In this document: positions 24,440-37,134 of the stretch, piece after piece
Layout: each line of letters begins with the position of its first letter
Numbering within the stretch: the first letter of the stretch is position 1
Assembly (NCBI RefSeq): GCF_001194135.2
Contig: NC_068982.1
Location: forward strand, 41,035,828 to 41,099,827
Reading direction: 5' to 3'
Origin: Octopus bimaculoides
Lineage: Eukaryota
Length of the DNA stretch: 64,000 nt
The notes under the pieces: model-generated
The model's input: only the letters and a program-made list of their open reading frames with translations
Told to the model about the DNA's origin: nothing
The model's database searches: none
Made by a program: the position numbers and the translations under genes

Positions 24440-25300
24440 AAACGATTAATAGTTTTCTGTAGTATCTTTTGTGTAATCAGGTCGATAGTAATGTTCCTCA
24501 TACAAAAACACACACACACTCTCTTCCCCTTTCCTTGCTTTCAGTTCAATGTAACTGCTGTTCATTAAACAGTTTCGTAATGGACCCCCTTGCCCCCGTC
24601 TCGTCTCCCATTCAAACAACTGTCTTGGTATAGTAGTAGTCGAGGATGAATGTCGACCAGATTGAACTTCTGTGAACCCACATGTGACTATGTAGCTCAA
24701 TGCGGGATCCACAAGTCCGAAAGCATACCGGGTATTTATTTGTTTATCTCGCAAAAGATGCACCGAGTCAGTTGCTGTGTTGAAGTGGGCTCCAATTTAT
24801 AGATGAACCATCTCTCTCGTTTCAATTATTTGTCAACGATTCCATGTTGATGCCACACTTTTTATCTCCCACAAAAAAATTTCATTAAAGTATATATTTA
24901 AACGGCTCCTTCGGTCCCCTTCCCGTACACTTTCTTTCATTCAGTTGGAAATGGAGGTAGTTGTTTAGATAACCCGACAGTATGGCATTTGCACGACATG
25001 GTCAGCCCGTCCAAGTTGATGTGTAAACATAGTTTCGATATATCAGATGTTGGCTTGCTTTGAGCACGCTGACATTCCTCTGTTCTGTCACTGGATGGCA
25101 CATTTCATCTGGTGTTGGATTTCCTCACGAATGTCAACGTTCTGCGATATACAGGTGACTACACAGGTACTGGAAGGGCATAGCTACATAAGTGTGATAT
25201 CTATTTTTCCAAAAGTTATGAGGAAACAAAGTCGAGTGGAGGCACACTTTTGTAAGTGTGCCTACTGGAAATACACAACATTTTCCTGTAACAACTATCC
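24440..25300 (-). mobile_element. Possible decayed CACTA/EnSpm transposase
   Basis: LCLHINLDGL...PF, then VDPALSYI...HSS...RG...R..E...YEEH, resembling the animal EnSpm pattern NIDGLP / CDAPAR / GH.GY / YEEHH. Heavily disrupted. Confidence 0.4.
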
Positions 25301-26799
25301 TTATGTAAAAAAAAAAAAAAAAAAGAAATGACAAGACCAGGATCCTGCTTTTTGGGTGCTTGTTGATATCAGACCCTTGTTCTATTTACGTTGATCACTA
25401 GACCTACGTTCTTAGCGAAAATTTTGGTAATTATACTTCTTCTGTTGAAGTGGCACTACCTGCAGCATCAGTTGCACACTGAAGTTTCAAATGCCAGTAT
25501 AGCTATAGGTCTTTGTTCCGGTACGGAGTCTGCCAGGGTTCAATAACCTTTACCATATCTCAGCGGTTTGAAATCTGGGTTTTTGGTGGGTGTTTGCTCA
25601 TTGTCTTAAAAAAAAAAAAAANNNNNNNNNNNNNNNNNNNNNNNNNNNNNNNNNNNNNNNNNNNNNNNNNNNNNNNNNNNNNNNNNNNNNNNNNNNNNNN
25701 NNNNNNNNNNNNNNNNNNNNNNNNNNNNNNNNNNNNNNNNNNNNNNNNNNNNNNNNNNNNNNNNNNNNNNNNNNNNNNNNNNNNNNNNNNNNNNNNNNNN
25801 NNNNNNNNNNNNNNNNNNNNNNNNNNNNNNNNNNNNNNNNNNNNNNNNNNNNNNNNNNNNNNNNNNNNNNNNNNNNNNNNNNNNNNNNNNNNNNNNNNNN
25901 NNNNNNNNNNNNNNNNNNNNNNNNNNNNNNNNNNNNNNNNNNNNNNNNNNNNNNNNNNNNNNNNNNNNNNNNNNNNNNNNNNNNNNNNNNNNNNNNNNNN
26001 NNNNNNNNNNNNNNNNNNNNNNNNNNNNNNNNNNNNNNNNNNNNNNNNNNNNNNNNNNNNNNNNNNNNNNNNNNNNNNNNNNNNNNNNNNNNTTTTTTTT
26101 TTTTTTTTTTTTTTGTGTTAATCGTCTCGGGATAAAATATTTTTAGTGGCTGTTAACAAACATATATTTAGGCTAAATTGTAGAGATAATTTAGTTGGAA
26201 TATTCGGTCTGGATAAGTCGTCACCTCTTGGGAAACTTGAAAGGAGATTTGTCACTAAAGACATTTACACAGCGATTAGAACTACTAGAATTCTTCCTTT
26301 TGGTAAAAATCATGTTTTTATTTTATTTCTATTTTTTACTCCTTCGTCAGCTAATGTCACAAATTCTTTATAGCTACGCTTTTTCTGAAATAGTCATTGA
26401 GTCATTGTACTTTGATGCTAGGGAATCATTAAGTTCTCTCTCACCCACACACACAGAGGAAATTTCTTAAATCTATAATCAGGAGACCAGAAATTCAAAC
26501 TGGGGTCTCTATACGAATTAAAAATAACCCGGAGTCTCTCTGCTAAAATACAAAATCTGTTTATATATATATATATATATATATATATTTAGGAGATTAA
26601 TTTTTGAAAGTTGCATTCCCTCGCTTTCGGTAAATATGTTGCTTATTTTTTGGTAGTTTTTGACTTTTTTAGTCCCTCTAAGCGTGAGGNNNNNNNNNNA
26701 TATATATATATATATATATACACATGTTTGGAGCTGGTAGCTAGGAATCTCCCATTAAAATTAATAATTGTCTTCGCTTTCTTCAATTGAAATTTTATT

Positions 26800-27960
26800 A
26801 AACTTAATTATCTTTCTGTTATTTTTCTCTTATATAAATGTAATTACGGCAAAATTCCATTATGCCGCATATGACGAATCGCTAAACACTGGATGTTTGA
26901 ATTTGCTTTTGCACGTTTCTGGCAATATTGACTTGCCAGTTCCAAGTTTTCAATAGAGGCCCTCTAGAATAAAAGAATACTTAGTTTTGTTTATGTTTTC
27001 TGCCGATATATGAAGGCATTGAGAATGATACGTCAAACCGTCCCAAATGACAGTACAATAAGAATATTACAATTCAGCAATAAGTATGTGTTGTGTATAA
27101 ACATTATAAATGTAAATATTTCAATTTAAGCGTTGAACAGTTCCATGGGATAAGTACGGTCTTTCCTCTTATATAACGTTTAACAATGAACCAACTCCTC
27201 TTCGTGAACAGATTAAAAATATATGTTACTGAGTAATTAAATACAAAAGTTTAATGAGTCCACCTGAAAGTATTGTGAAAATAAAAAGCTTAGATATAAC
27301 GAAAACAATTTCATATTTAGTCTGGGCTGCCTTTATCGAAAATTGAAGACCTGCTCATGACAGCTATTACATTGTTCATTTCCTTCTATTCTGAGAAAGC
27401 AATTTATCTATAATAATTTCGTTTTAACACCCATTTCCCCATGTTGTTTCGACGGGTCACGAATACACATCTTTGTATTCGTTTTGATTTTGCTTCATCT
27501 GGTTTTATGAGACCCAATGCTTACAGATTGACTTTCACCACTTCCAGGACAAATCTCGTTTTGTCTTAAGCTAAGCTCTTCTGTAGATCTTTCTACTGTC
27601 AAAACATTATTTCCGCCCTGTTAAAATATTACATGAATATACCAAATTGTCCCTAGCAGTTTTGCCTAAACATTAAACGTAGCCTTTTCCCATAAATTAG
27701 CCCACACTCATTCCTTTCGATTTGCTGAAGATCTTCCGAATTCAAAGCTCACTATACTTAACAGACCCATTTTATCCTGTCATTATATATGAAAATTTGA
27801 TTTGAAAAATTGTTATATTTTTATAAATGCTTATATAATAATGATGTGTTTCCGATATTGATGTTGTATAATTGCTATTCATCGTCAACATGTTACATTT
27901 TCTCATTTTCCCACCTGTTGTTGATTGTATGTGACATGTCAATTTCGGAGACAATATGTC
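26800..27960 (-). mobile_element. Possible decayed P-element/THAP9-like transposase
   Basis: SPKLTCHIQSTTGGKMR resembles the P-family PKLT..HI....F.KM.V motif; the downstream KYSFIL...IENL has only weak resemblance to Y.LT.R.NQD.LEN. Confidence 0.25.
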
Positions 27961-28499
27961 CGAATAACAAACAGACCCAGTAATTTAAGATATTTGATGT
28001 TACTTTTGTGAAAATGTAAAACAATGTGGAGAATGTTTAAGGAGCAGTGGTGAGGAGAAAATATGAACTGGATAAAGTAGTTGTATGATGATAGTAATTT
28101 TAGATTGAAGAAATTAAGTAGTTATTACAGTTTAGTTGTTTTTTTTTGGGGGGGGGGTTAACATACTGAAATTGTTTATGTATATTCACAGGCTTATATG
28201 ACATTAATATACATTAATATACATTATATACATTAATATGAGGAATCCTTAATATCTTTTCTTTTAACTTTTACTTGTTTCACTCATTGGACTGCGGTCA
28301 TGCTGGGGCACCGCCGTGAAGGGTTTTGGATGACCTTTTTTTAAAGTCTGGTACTTACTTATTTTATCGGTCTCTTTTGCCGAACCGCTAAGTTTCTGGG
28401 CCTTAAACAAACCAACACCTATTGTCAAGTAGGCGGGGAGGGGACAGACACACAAATACATACATATATACATGTGTGTGTTGTGGATTAGGTAGCTTT

Positions 28500-28720
28500 A
28501 TTAAACTAATGTTTTCAATATGGATTCAATTGTTCTGAAGTCGTAACATTTTTTGTAACTCACACACAAGATCTTAACCGAAATATAAAATGTATTTTTG
28601 ATTGGGTGGTATTCATCAAAAAAATTCAAGAAAATATTAATTAAACTTTCTCTGTGTAAATTAAGAGCAATATAACAATATATATATAACAATTTGTTAT
28701 ACCAGTTGTGATATAACAAT
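28500..28720 (-). mobile_element. Possible Penelope-like ORF fragment
   Basis: FLNFFDEYHPIKNTFY.SVKILCVSY...IESILK resembles the PLE post-RT motif FL..IDKHFP..H...KIFN...VK.SY...I.SII. Confidence 0.3.
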
Positions 28721-28929
28721 TTGACTTTTAGAATTGATATTTATATAATGTTTAAAGTAAAAAAAAAAAAAAGGTGAACTGGACCTGTACTTAAATTAAA
28801 GAGATCATTTGGAAACCTTTCTAAAGTGCTGTCATAAAGAAACATATTTTTAATGGTTTTAAACAAGACACCTTTCTTTTTTTATATAAAGAAAATGACT
28901 GAAAGTACAATTTTGTTTATAAATGTTTT

Positions 28930-29805
28930 AGCAAGCATGAAAGGACATCAGGTTTTGACCCTGTGGACCCAATCAGCCAAGAATCTGGTATTTCCAGATT
29001 TTCTAAGAATGGCCGGGTCTAGGTATCCAGTGATTCTTGAAGGATGCCCCCCCCCCTCAAGTGTCACCTGTGCCTGGAGCCTGGCCACATTAAGAAAAAC
29101 TGTCCCCAGGACCAAGGTAAGGTCCTGGAGCAGTTAATAAAAGTAGTGCCCCCCCACTCTCCCATTGGAGGGAGAGACAGAGGAAGTCGAGGAGGTGGAA
29201 ACCTCCTCGAAAAAAGGGAAAAAAGAAAGGTGGTGAGCAACAATGGTTGCCCACTGAAGGATTCAAAGGCTGTGGGAGGGAAGGAAAATCTTCTGGACAA
29301 AACGGAAGAGCTCTGTACTCCCGTGGCCCAAAAGAATAAAAAGAAAAAGAAAAACGGGACACTGCCAGCAGTTAGTAATACTGCTGGCATGTCCCGAAAC
29401 CCCATCAGTGGGAATTGTGCCACCGACGGAGGAAGCTGTGGCCCCTCCCAGTGAAATTAATGAAGAATATGTGGTCTTCTATCTCAAGGGAGGTGCTGTA
29501 GAAAATTTTGTAAGTAGTGTTGTAGATCGGGAACTGATGGTCCCGACCTGCAATAATAGTTCACATTGGCCTCTGGTTGCGGAGGTAATGGAAGAGAGTG
29601 AGTTTTTCAAGATTATGGATTCCTTCTCTAAAGAGGAATATGAATTTCTTTTTCGGGTCCTCAATGTACTGCTGCGGGATTGCCTACAGGCGGCAAGGGA
29701 TTTGATCGAGGATGGTTGATAAGAGGCTTAGCGCCTCAATTTATGTTATTATAAGGAGTTAATACCTCATTTGTGTTTTTTTTTTGTTTGTTAATAAAAA
29801 AAGAA
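28930..29805 (+). mobile_element. Gag/ORF1-like CCHC zinc-knuckle element with no RT, 5'-truncated
   Basis: VILEGCPP-(frameshift in C10 run)-LKCHLCLEPGHIKKNCP (CX2CX4HX4C), a basic linker and an acidic C-terminus ending at TGA 29719. This is followed by the gaggc-ttagc-gcctc stem-loop and AATAAAAAAAG. GC-rich relative to flanks. Confidence 0.65.
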
Positions 29806-30088
29806 CAGTGTTCTCGTGGGGTAATCGATCGACGGGTGCCATCGCCCCTCTCATCTATATCATTTTGTCTATCATTCCATCTCATTTGTATTGCTATCCA
29901 GCCCGCATTGCTACTGCAACACTCTTTGTAATGCCCTTGTGGCAAATTTCATGAAATAATCTAAGTGTAAGCACATCTTCTCCATATTTGATTAAGTAAT
30001 GGTTAGGTCTGATTGGAATTTCATATATNNNNNNNNNNNNNNNNNNNNNNNNNNNNNNNNNNNNNNNATATATATATATATATATATA

Positions 30089-30250
30089 CTCTGAGTGGTT
30101 GGCGTTAGGAAGGGCATCCAGCTGTAGAAACTCTGCCAAATCAGACTGGAGCCTGGTGTTGCCATCCGGTTTCACCAGTCCTCAGTCAAATCGTCCAACC
30201 CATGCTAGCATGGAAAGCGGACGTTAAACGATGATGATGATGATGATGAT
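30089..30250 (+). mobile_element. RTE 3'-end fragment
   Basis: Identical to the reverse complement of the 53.39-53.54 kb 3' UTR. Related copies at ~62385-62570 (+) and 61903-61952 (+). Older relatives at ~6538-7020 (-), 35000-35190 (-), 39625-39830 (-) and 51900-52160 (+). Confidence 0.85.
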
Positions 30251-31028
30251 ATATAGGTAACTTAAACACAATGTTTTCTTTTATCTAAATACAAGGTTAT
30301 ATTTTGCAGAGGGAAGTAACCAATTTAATTGAATCCTCATTATTGCTGTCTATGTTATCAATATTTAGAAAGATGAAAGGCAAATTTGAACTCAGAACCT
30401 AGAGGAACAACACTAAACAAAGCAATTAGTCCAGCATCCTGTTATTTCTGTCATTTTCACCAAACTAAATTTAAATATATTGAAGAATATATATGACATG
30501 CCTGACATTGATAGGTGAATAATTTAGGTTAATATGTAGAAATGAATTTAGGGCCACTTAAGCTTAATAATGACGGTGTATAGGAGAGCAGTAGGTAGAC
30601 AATAGTGTAAGCAATTTAAACATCTAGATACTAAGCAATACATTCTACTTGAGTCTTGAGACCATGAACATCTGCAGTGATTCACTTAGAGCTCTAATAT
30701 TCTGTTATTTGATTGAATAAATCAGTGAAGGTATTGTTAGTGACGAGAGATCATATTAGTTCCAAGGAAGAGAACTTTTAATGACAACAGATTCATTTTG
30801 CTGAAAGCATGTGTTAGTGAATTATAATCAGACTTGAAAATAAACCTTCAAACGATAGAGGAAAATTGTGTACTGTGTCTTAATATGAATCAGAGAAAAC
30901 TGAAAGCAAGTTGTTTAGGAATTAGTAAACATTGTTTACAAAAGGTAAAAAAAAAAAAATGAAGATGAAGTAGACACATGGTGATAATCTTTATTGCTAC
31001 AAGGGTGAAGGATGATGGGCTGCATTAA

Positions 31029-31243
31029 CCCTTTCTTTACCGTATTTATTTTAAGATGCACTGTATTTCTTTCAATTATTTTAAATATAAAAAAGAATTT
31101 AGTAAAATAACTTGGTTATCATTAAGCTAGGAACATAAATTGTGACTAAGTTTTGGTGAAAGATTTTAATTCAAAACTTATTAAAACAAGACATTTGTAC
31201 TACAAAACCAGAGGCGGTTTCAGCTGGGTTCGTATCAAAAGGG
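31029..31243. mobile_element. piggyBac-type MITE, third family
   Basis: TTAA|CCCTTT...AAAGGG|TTAA, with an interior unrelated to the other two families. Confidence 0.65.
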
Positions 31244-32598
31244 TTAAAAGACATGTTACTGAAAGTGTAGGGATTTACTCTGAAATTGAATGAAATGAGA
31301 AAATGGTATGAATAGTATACAAATAGTAAAGTACCTTGGGGGAGGACTACTACCTAGAGGCAGTCAAGGAATCCTACTGACCCATGATTACTCTGACTAC
31401 CACCAGCAATTGCTTTCTTCCTGCTGTCATTTTCTGGCCTATAAGTACATGCTAAGAGCTGACATATTCACTCAGCCATGTTTACAAGAGGGCAGCTGTT
31501 TACATCAAACACCATTTTAAGTTACCCTCAGTTTAAAAAGATTGTCTGTACATTGTGTACCAATCATTTTTGAAACCACACCACCACCATCCTGGCCAGC
31601 CTCCTGATGTGTACACAACCATTGCTATGCAGATCCTGGTTTTGCCAACAGCTACTGCATTTATACCTTGTCACTGAAATCATCGGACAAGTGGCCTTGC
31701 TTCCAAGTCAACTCTTGGCCAGGTGCAGTTATCCATTATATTCTGTTGATCAGAGAAAAGAAAAAGGTCGGCTGCTTTGTTGGTCTTGGAGCAGGATGGG
31801 TGTTTGGCTTTCCCAGCAGCAAAGTGCCTTGGTGGTAAAGTGCTTTGAAAGGTCTCTCTCTAAAATTCCTTTGCTTTCTTATTTATTTGAATGCTACATA
31901 GGTATGTGAGTTTGCTTATGAGTAATTTTTGTTGTTAGTTTGTGCATGAGTTTTTCAAAAATATTATATGGTAGCAGTGAGTTGATCTGTTGTGAGTCAG
32001 TGATGTATGACAGTAAGAACACAATCAAACTAAGAAAAATATAGAGTGAAGTAGATACAGCTGTTTAATATTTGAGTGAATCAAAAGACATAGCAAATGA
32101 GAGAAGCTAATGGCTTATAATTTAGCTGACTTATTTCAACACATGCTATAAAAGAATCGAATAAAAGATTGTATGATAATTTTATTGAATAGAGTATAAA
32201 TTACTTTTGTTTTCATTTTTATACTATCCTGTTATTACTTATGGATCATCTCTTTTAATGATGGTGTATATGAATACATTTACATTTATCATTTCATTTT
32301 TCAGTGATATTCCATACTAATTTTATTTCCTTATTTGACTTTTATTTTATAGTATTTTATTCATGTTCCACATTTTACCTCTCTTTTTCAAGATAATGGA
32401 ATTTCATTGCGTTTTGATTTTTTTAGTTTTGTTTTTGATAATCAAACAACTTTTATCCACTCTAACATCATTATTCTAAATAAACGTTTATAATGTAGCT
32501 CTTTTAATTGATTATATTGAATAAAGAAACAGATTTTACCAAGTTTCGTAGGTCACACAGCAACTGGTCATTATAAATATAAGCAGATAGATATGATA

Positions 32599-33310
32599 CA
32601 TTTAGTAACAGTGTCGTAAGCACCACCCCAGGCATTTTCAAGGTTAGTATATCATTTTATTTGTCTCGACGTCTAGAATCCGAAAAAGTTGGGAGAAAGA
32701 ACCGGTGAGGCTTGCAATAAGGTCGAAAATCCAGCTGAAGAAAATTGTTCCTTGGCGCTATTGACACGACGCTCGCTCACCCAAACTGGGATCAGAGAGT
32801 TTAGTAACACACTATCGTAAGTACACACACTCAATCAATAACACTGGTGTGGTCCCTGTATCGTTTTTTGAGGTGTTATGGCTCATTTTCCAATATTCCT
32901 CGTTACCATCATAACAATAATGGGCTATTATCTTACTATCTTGTCTTACTTACCTCTTAAAGATACTTACCTTGGTATATTAAAACACAAACAATACCTT
33001 TGCGGGGTCTCTGTATGTTTTTTCTAAGTATTTTCTAAGTATTATATGCAATGCGATACACCATTTCGTAGTACCAGTATATTCTACAAAATGAGAAAGA
33101 CGCAGTCATTGTTTCATCTTTCAGATGCATACAGGATTTAAAAATTTTACATAGGTGGAATGATTAGAGGAGGTCTTCACAGTCATTTTAAGACCAAAAC
33201 CAGCTTCCTAACTTCATTCCTTACTAAGATATCGCATTCTAAAAGTTACAAAACTTTACGTTTTTCTCGGTTTTTAAATTGTGGTGCTTACGACTGTCTG
33301 TTACTAAATG
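32599..33310. mobile_element. Unclassified non-autonomous TIR element (712 bp)
   Basis: Left end catttagtaacagtgtcgtaagcaccac; right end reverse complement catttagtaacagacagtcgtaagcaccac. No ORF and no clean TSD. Confidence 0.7.
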
Positions 33311-34100
33311 CCTGATGTAAAGTAATACCATCATTAGTTTTACATCCATTTTCCAATGCCTGCATTTTTAGAATGGATCCTTTCCAATGTAGTATCTTGC
33401 CATTTGTTATATTCTTTTGTCATCTCCTTTGTGAGGTTCAACATCCTGAGATCAGCTTTCACCACTTCTGCCCATGTCTTCATAGGTTTTCCTCTTTCAT
33501 ATTTTCTTTCTCACTGGGGACTTCCTAGTACCTCTTACCTACATGTTATCATCCATGTGCATCACATGTCCATATTCTTGCACAGTACAACTGAGAAGGT
33601 GGCTTCATACCAGGTGTCAAGAGGCTAAAGTATGAAAGAGAGATAAGCACAGGTGTCTTCCTATAAGAGGGGATGCATGGCTACCCAGTATTATAATAAT
33701 GGTGATGTCAAGGTGCCAGAGCAAACTCTTAAGGTAGAAGTGTATCTATTTTAATATTCATTTATCACCTGAAGGCAGCAAACTGGTAGAATCATTAGCA
33801 TGCCAGGTGAAATACATAGCAGCATTTCATCCGTCTTTATGTTTTGAGTTCAAATTCCACCAAGGTTGACTTTGCATTTCATCCTTTCAGGGTTGATAAA
33901 ATAAATATCAGTTGATTCCTGGGGTTGATGTAATTGATTTACACCCTACCTTGAAATTGCTGGCCTTGTGCCAAAATTTGAAACCAATATTTATTTACCA
34001 CATTATAGTTGTTATCTTAACTCAATTTTACTCTAACTTAAATCACAATGTATAACTATCCAGAAATTTATCATTATCTTTTTTGTCAATTGTTCTAGAT

Positions 34101-34421
34101 CAGTGGTTCTCAACCAGGGTCCAGATAAGATTTTTGGGGATCCATGCAACAAATTGGTAAATTTGGGATCCCCAATAGTATTTTAAGGGCTCCTGAAAAA
34201 ATTTTGCTTTAGATGTATATATTGGTGTGTATTGCAAGAAACAGCTAGGTTTCTTTCTTTAACATTCTACATAGTTCAACATACACAAGTTGATGTGTGA
34301 AAATTAAATTAGGAATTTTGAAAGAAGTTTCTGGAAAATAAGTATTTTAAGCAAAGAGGGTCCCCCAGAATAAAATAGTAATCAAAGTGGTCCATAGATA
34401 AAAACTGGTTGAGAACCCCTG
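34101..34421. mobile_element. hAT-Charlie MITE (321 bp)
   Basis: TIRs CAGTGGTTCTCAACCAG / CTGGTTGAGAACCCCTG. The 8-bp TSD ttctagat/atctacat fits the Charlie NTCTAGAN target. Confidence 0.85.
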
Positions 34422-36389
34422 ATCTACATAATGTAAATCAAGTTTTGCACATTATTGTTACATTCCTGGATTTAACATGCACTAGCATGTATGTAAAAAC
34501 AAATTTGCAGGTCTTAATCTTTCTTCCCTAATTTTATAAACATTACCACTCTTCTATAATTAGCTTCATATATCATTGCTCAAATTTCATACCATACACA
34601 ACATCATACTTGTATATTTAGCATTATTTACAGACATTACTGCACCTCACTATAGTAACTGCAATCTGCTATCATACATATGACACTTATTTATAGTAGG
34701 CATTGCTGGATTTTAATCTAACTTGATAGTACTTAAGCTTTTATTCTTCTCACACCTACTCCCCTAATCCCAACCCATAATCCAACTTGCATTGGGATGC
34801 AACTGGAGATTTAACTAACCATGTTACATTTCATAGATAGCCACCAATGCTAATTTAAACTTTCTTCTGTTTATATTGTTCCTTTTGATTGCAATATATT
34901 CATTCCTCGAATTTATGTTGTTCCTTTTTGAAAAAAATTAAGTCTCCCCAAAAGACAACATGTGTATATAGATATGTACACACACACACACTGTTATTAA
35001 TCATCATCATTTACTGTCCGTTTTCCATTCTGACATGGGTTGGATGGTTTGACAGGATCCAGTGATCCCCAGGTCTATGTCAGGCTCCAATGTGGACTCT
35101 GGCATAGTTTCTATGACTGGATGCCCTTCCTAACATCAACTACTTTACAGTGTGTACTGGGTGTTGTTTTTTTTTTCATTCCACCAGCACTAGTGGGTGT
35201 GCGTGCACATGAGCTTTAAGTTCTCAAATCTGAATGTAGTGCATTTCTTCACACATATCAAAGTGTTAGTGTCTGCATGAACCAGTAAGAGAGTTAGTGT
35301 TGTCACTGTGCTTGATCTTTCAAAGAGTCTTTCACCGAGCACAAATGGAAACCATAAAACCATATGCTTTAGGCCCCTAATGTTTGAAACAATATTTTTC
35401 ACAATAAAACATAAAATGCTTCCTTTGAACAACTTACCTCTATACTATCAGGTTGTTCAAGCAGAGATGAAATAGACTAAGCTCATACAATCAACATTAA
35501 TGACAATCTGTTACTAGATGATTTATTTTCCTGCATTGATTTAGTTGTTTTACAGAATTAGCCTCTCAAAGCAAATCTGACTTTACAGTAATGTTTTAAG
35601 TATTTCTTTGTTCTCTCTCCAACAACAACCCCATGTATTTTAAGCAATTAAAGGTCATGTATACTTTGTTTAATGTTAATGACAATTGACAAAAAAAAAT
35701 AAGTTCAGGTGAGCAGCAGTTTTCAAAGCTAGATAACTGCCATTTTTATAAGGTTTTGTTTGTTTTTATATTATGATTTTCTTTTTTTAACTTATAAGCT
35801 TTGTGTATATTTCATCTATTTATTATTAGCACTGTGAGGTGGCTGAAAACAGAGTTTATTCTTCTTTTGCATGTGTCTCATTCTGTGCAATGATAAAGTC
35901 ACTTAAGTCTCTCTCTGAGTATTTCTTTGTTCAACTATTTTTCTGATCAACCCCAGTTCACATAAGACTAAACAGATGATAAAACATAAATGTCCCTTTC
36001 ATTGCTCCCCCCCCCCAATAAATAAATAAACATTCCAATTCAGATGTGACAACTGTCTCAACAAGCTACAGCTGTGTGTATAAATGGATGCTGTGATTAA
36101 TTACTATGGATAATTTTTCAAAGATAAATTAGAATCAGGTCATGGGTTTGGCTCCCTGGTATCTTACACCTCTTGTCTGCGACACATTAAGCTCCGGAAG
36201 TGTTTAATGATAGATCTTTATTGCACAGATTAATAACTATTAATTATATTTCAGAATAATATATTCATACCAAGTGGTCATCTGATTTCTTCCATTTGAC
36301 CAGATAGTAATGAAAAAAGTGCATTTTATTGAACCCAAGTCTATTGAAAGTTTGTTTGTTCTTTACTTATATAAAGGTAATAAGTCATA

Positions 36390-36552
36390 GCACAATTGAT
36401 CTGAAACACAGTCATCCTAGATGATATACTGTTTGGCTTCATGCCCAGCAGATGTACCATGGATGCAATCTTCATAGTGAGACAACTACAGAAGAATTAT
36501 TTGGCTAAAATTAAACCACTCTTCTTTGGCATTTGTTGACTTGGAAAAGGCC
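36390..36552 (+). mobile_element. RTE reverse transcriptase fragment
   Basis: LDDILFGFMPSRCTMDAIFIVRQLQKNYLAK...FVDLEKA motif. Another RTE C-terminal fragment lies at ~33380-33600 (-). Confidence 0.75.
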
Positions 36553-36716
36553 ATGACATGATGCCATATCACAACATATGTATGATATAATGTATATAGA
36601 TATGTATGATATCATCATCATCATCATCACCATTGTCATTTAACGTCCACTTTCCATGCTGGCATGGGTTGCACAGTTTCACTGAAGACTGGCAAGCCGG
36701 AAGGTATATATATTGT

Positions 36717-36876
36717 AGGAGTGGCTGTGTGGTAATTAGCTTGCTTACCAACCACATGGTTCCGAGTTCAGTCCCATTGTGTGGCACCTTCGTCAAGTGT
36801 CTTCTACTATAGCCTCGGGCTGACCAAAGCCTTGTGAGTGGATTTGGTAGACGGAAACTGAAAGAAGTCCGTCGTA

Positions 36877-36914
<38 letters not shown>

Positions 36915-37113
36915 TGTGTGTCTGTGTTTGTCCCCCCTACATTGCTTGACAACCGATGCTGGTGTGTTTACATCCCTGTAACTTAGCGGTTCGGCTAAAG
37001 AGACCGATAGAATAAGTACTAGGCTTACAAAGAATAAGTCCTAGGTCGATTAGCTCGACTAAAAGGCGGTGCTCCAGCATGGTCACAGTCAAATGACTGA
37101 AACAAGTAAAAGA
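36717..37113 (+). mobile_element. tRNA-derived SINE family A with internal (TA/TG)n, full-length exemplar
   Basis: A/B-box-like head (tggctgtgtggt...ggttccgagttcagtccc) and a caccttgggcaagtgtctt core. More than 12 copies or fragments, e.g. ~4535-4860, 6195-6380, 7650-7825, 10985-11280, 12275-12610, 12682-12825, 17590-17690, 18325-18420, 28262-28470, 39960-40130, 48020-48165, 49020-49190. Confidence 0.85.
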
Positions 37114-37134
37114 GTATATTATTATTATTATATA

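Noticed and set aside
32695-32755. Hammerhead-like fold inside the TIR element (ccggtga...gtcgaaa)
   Set aside because: Two core substitutions and a G at the cleavage position.
32962-32974. atacttacct resembling the U1 snRNA 5' end
   Set aside because: No U1 body follows; it is simply a minus-strand splice-donor consensus.
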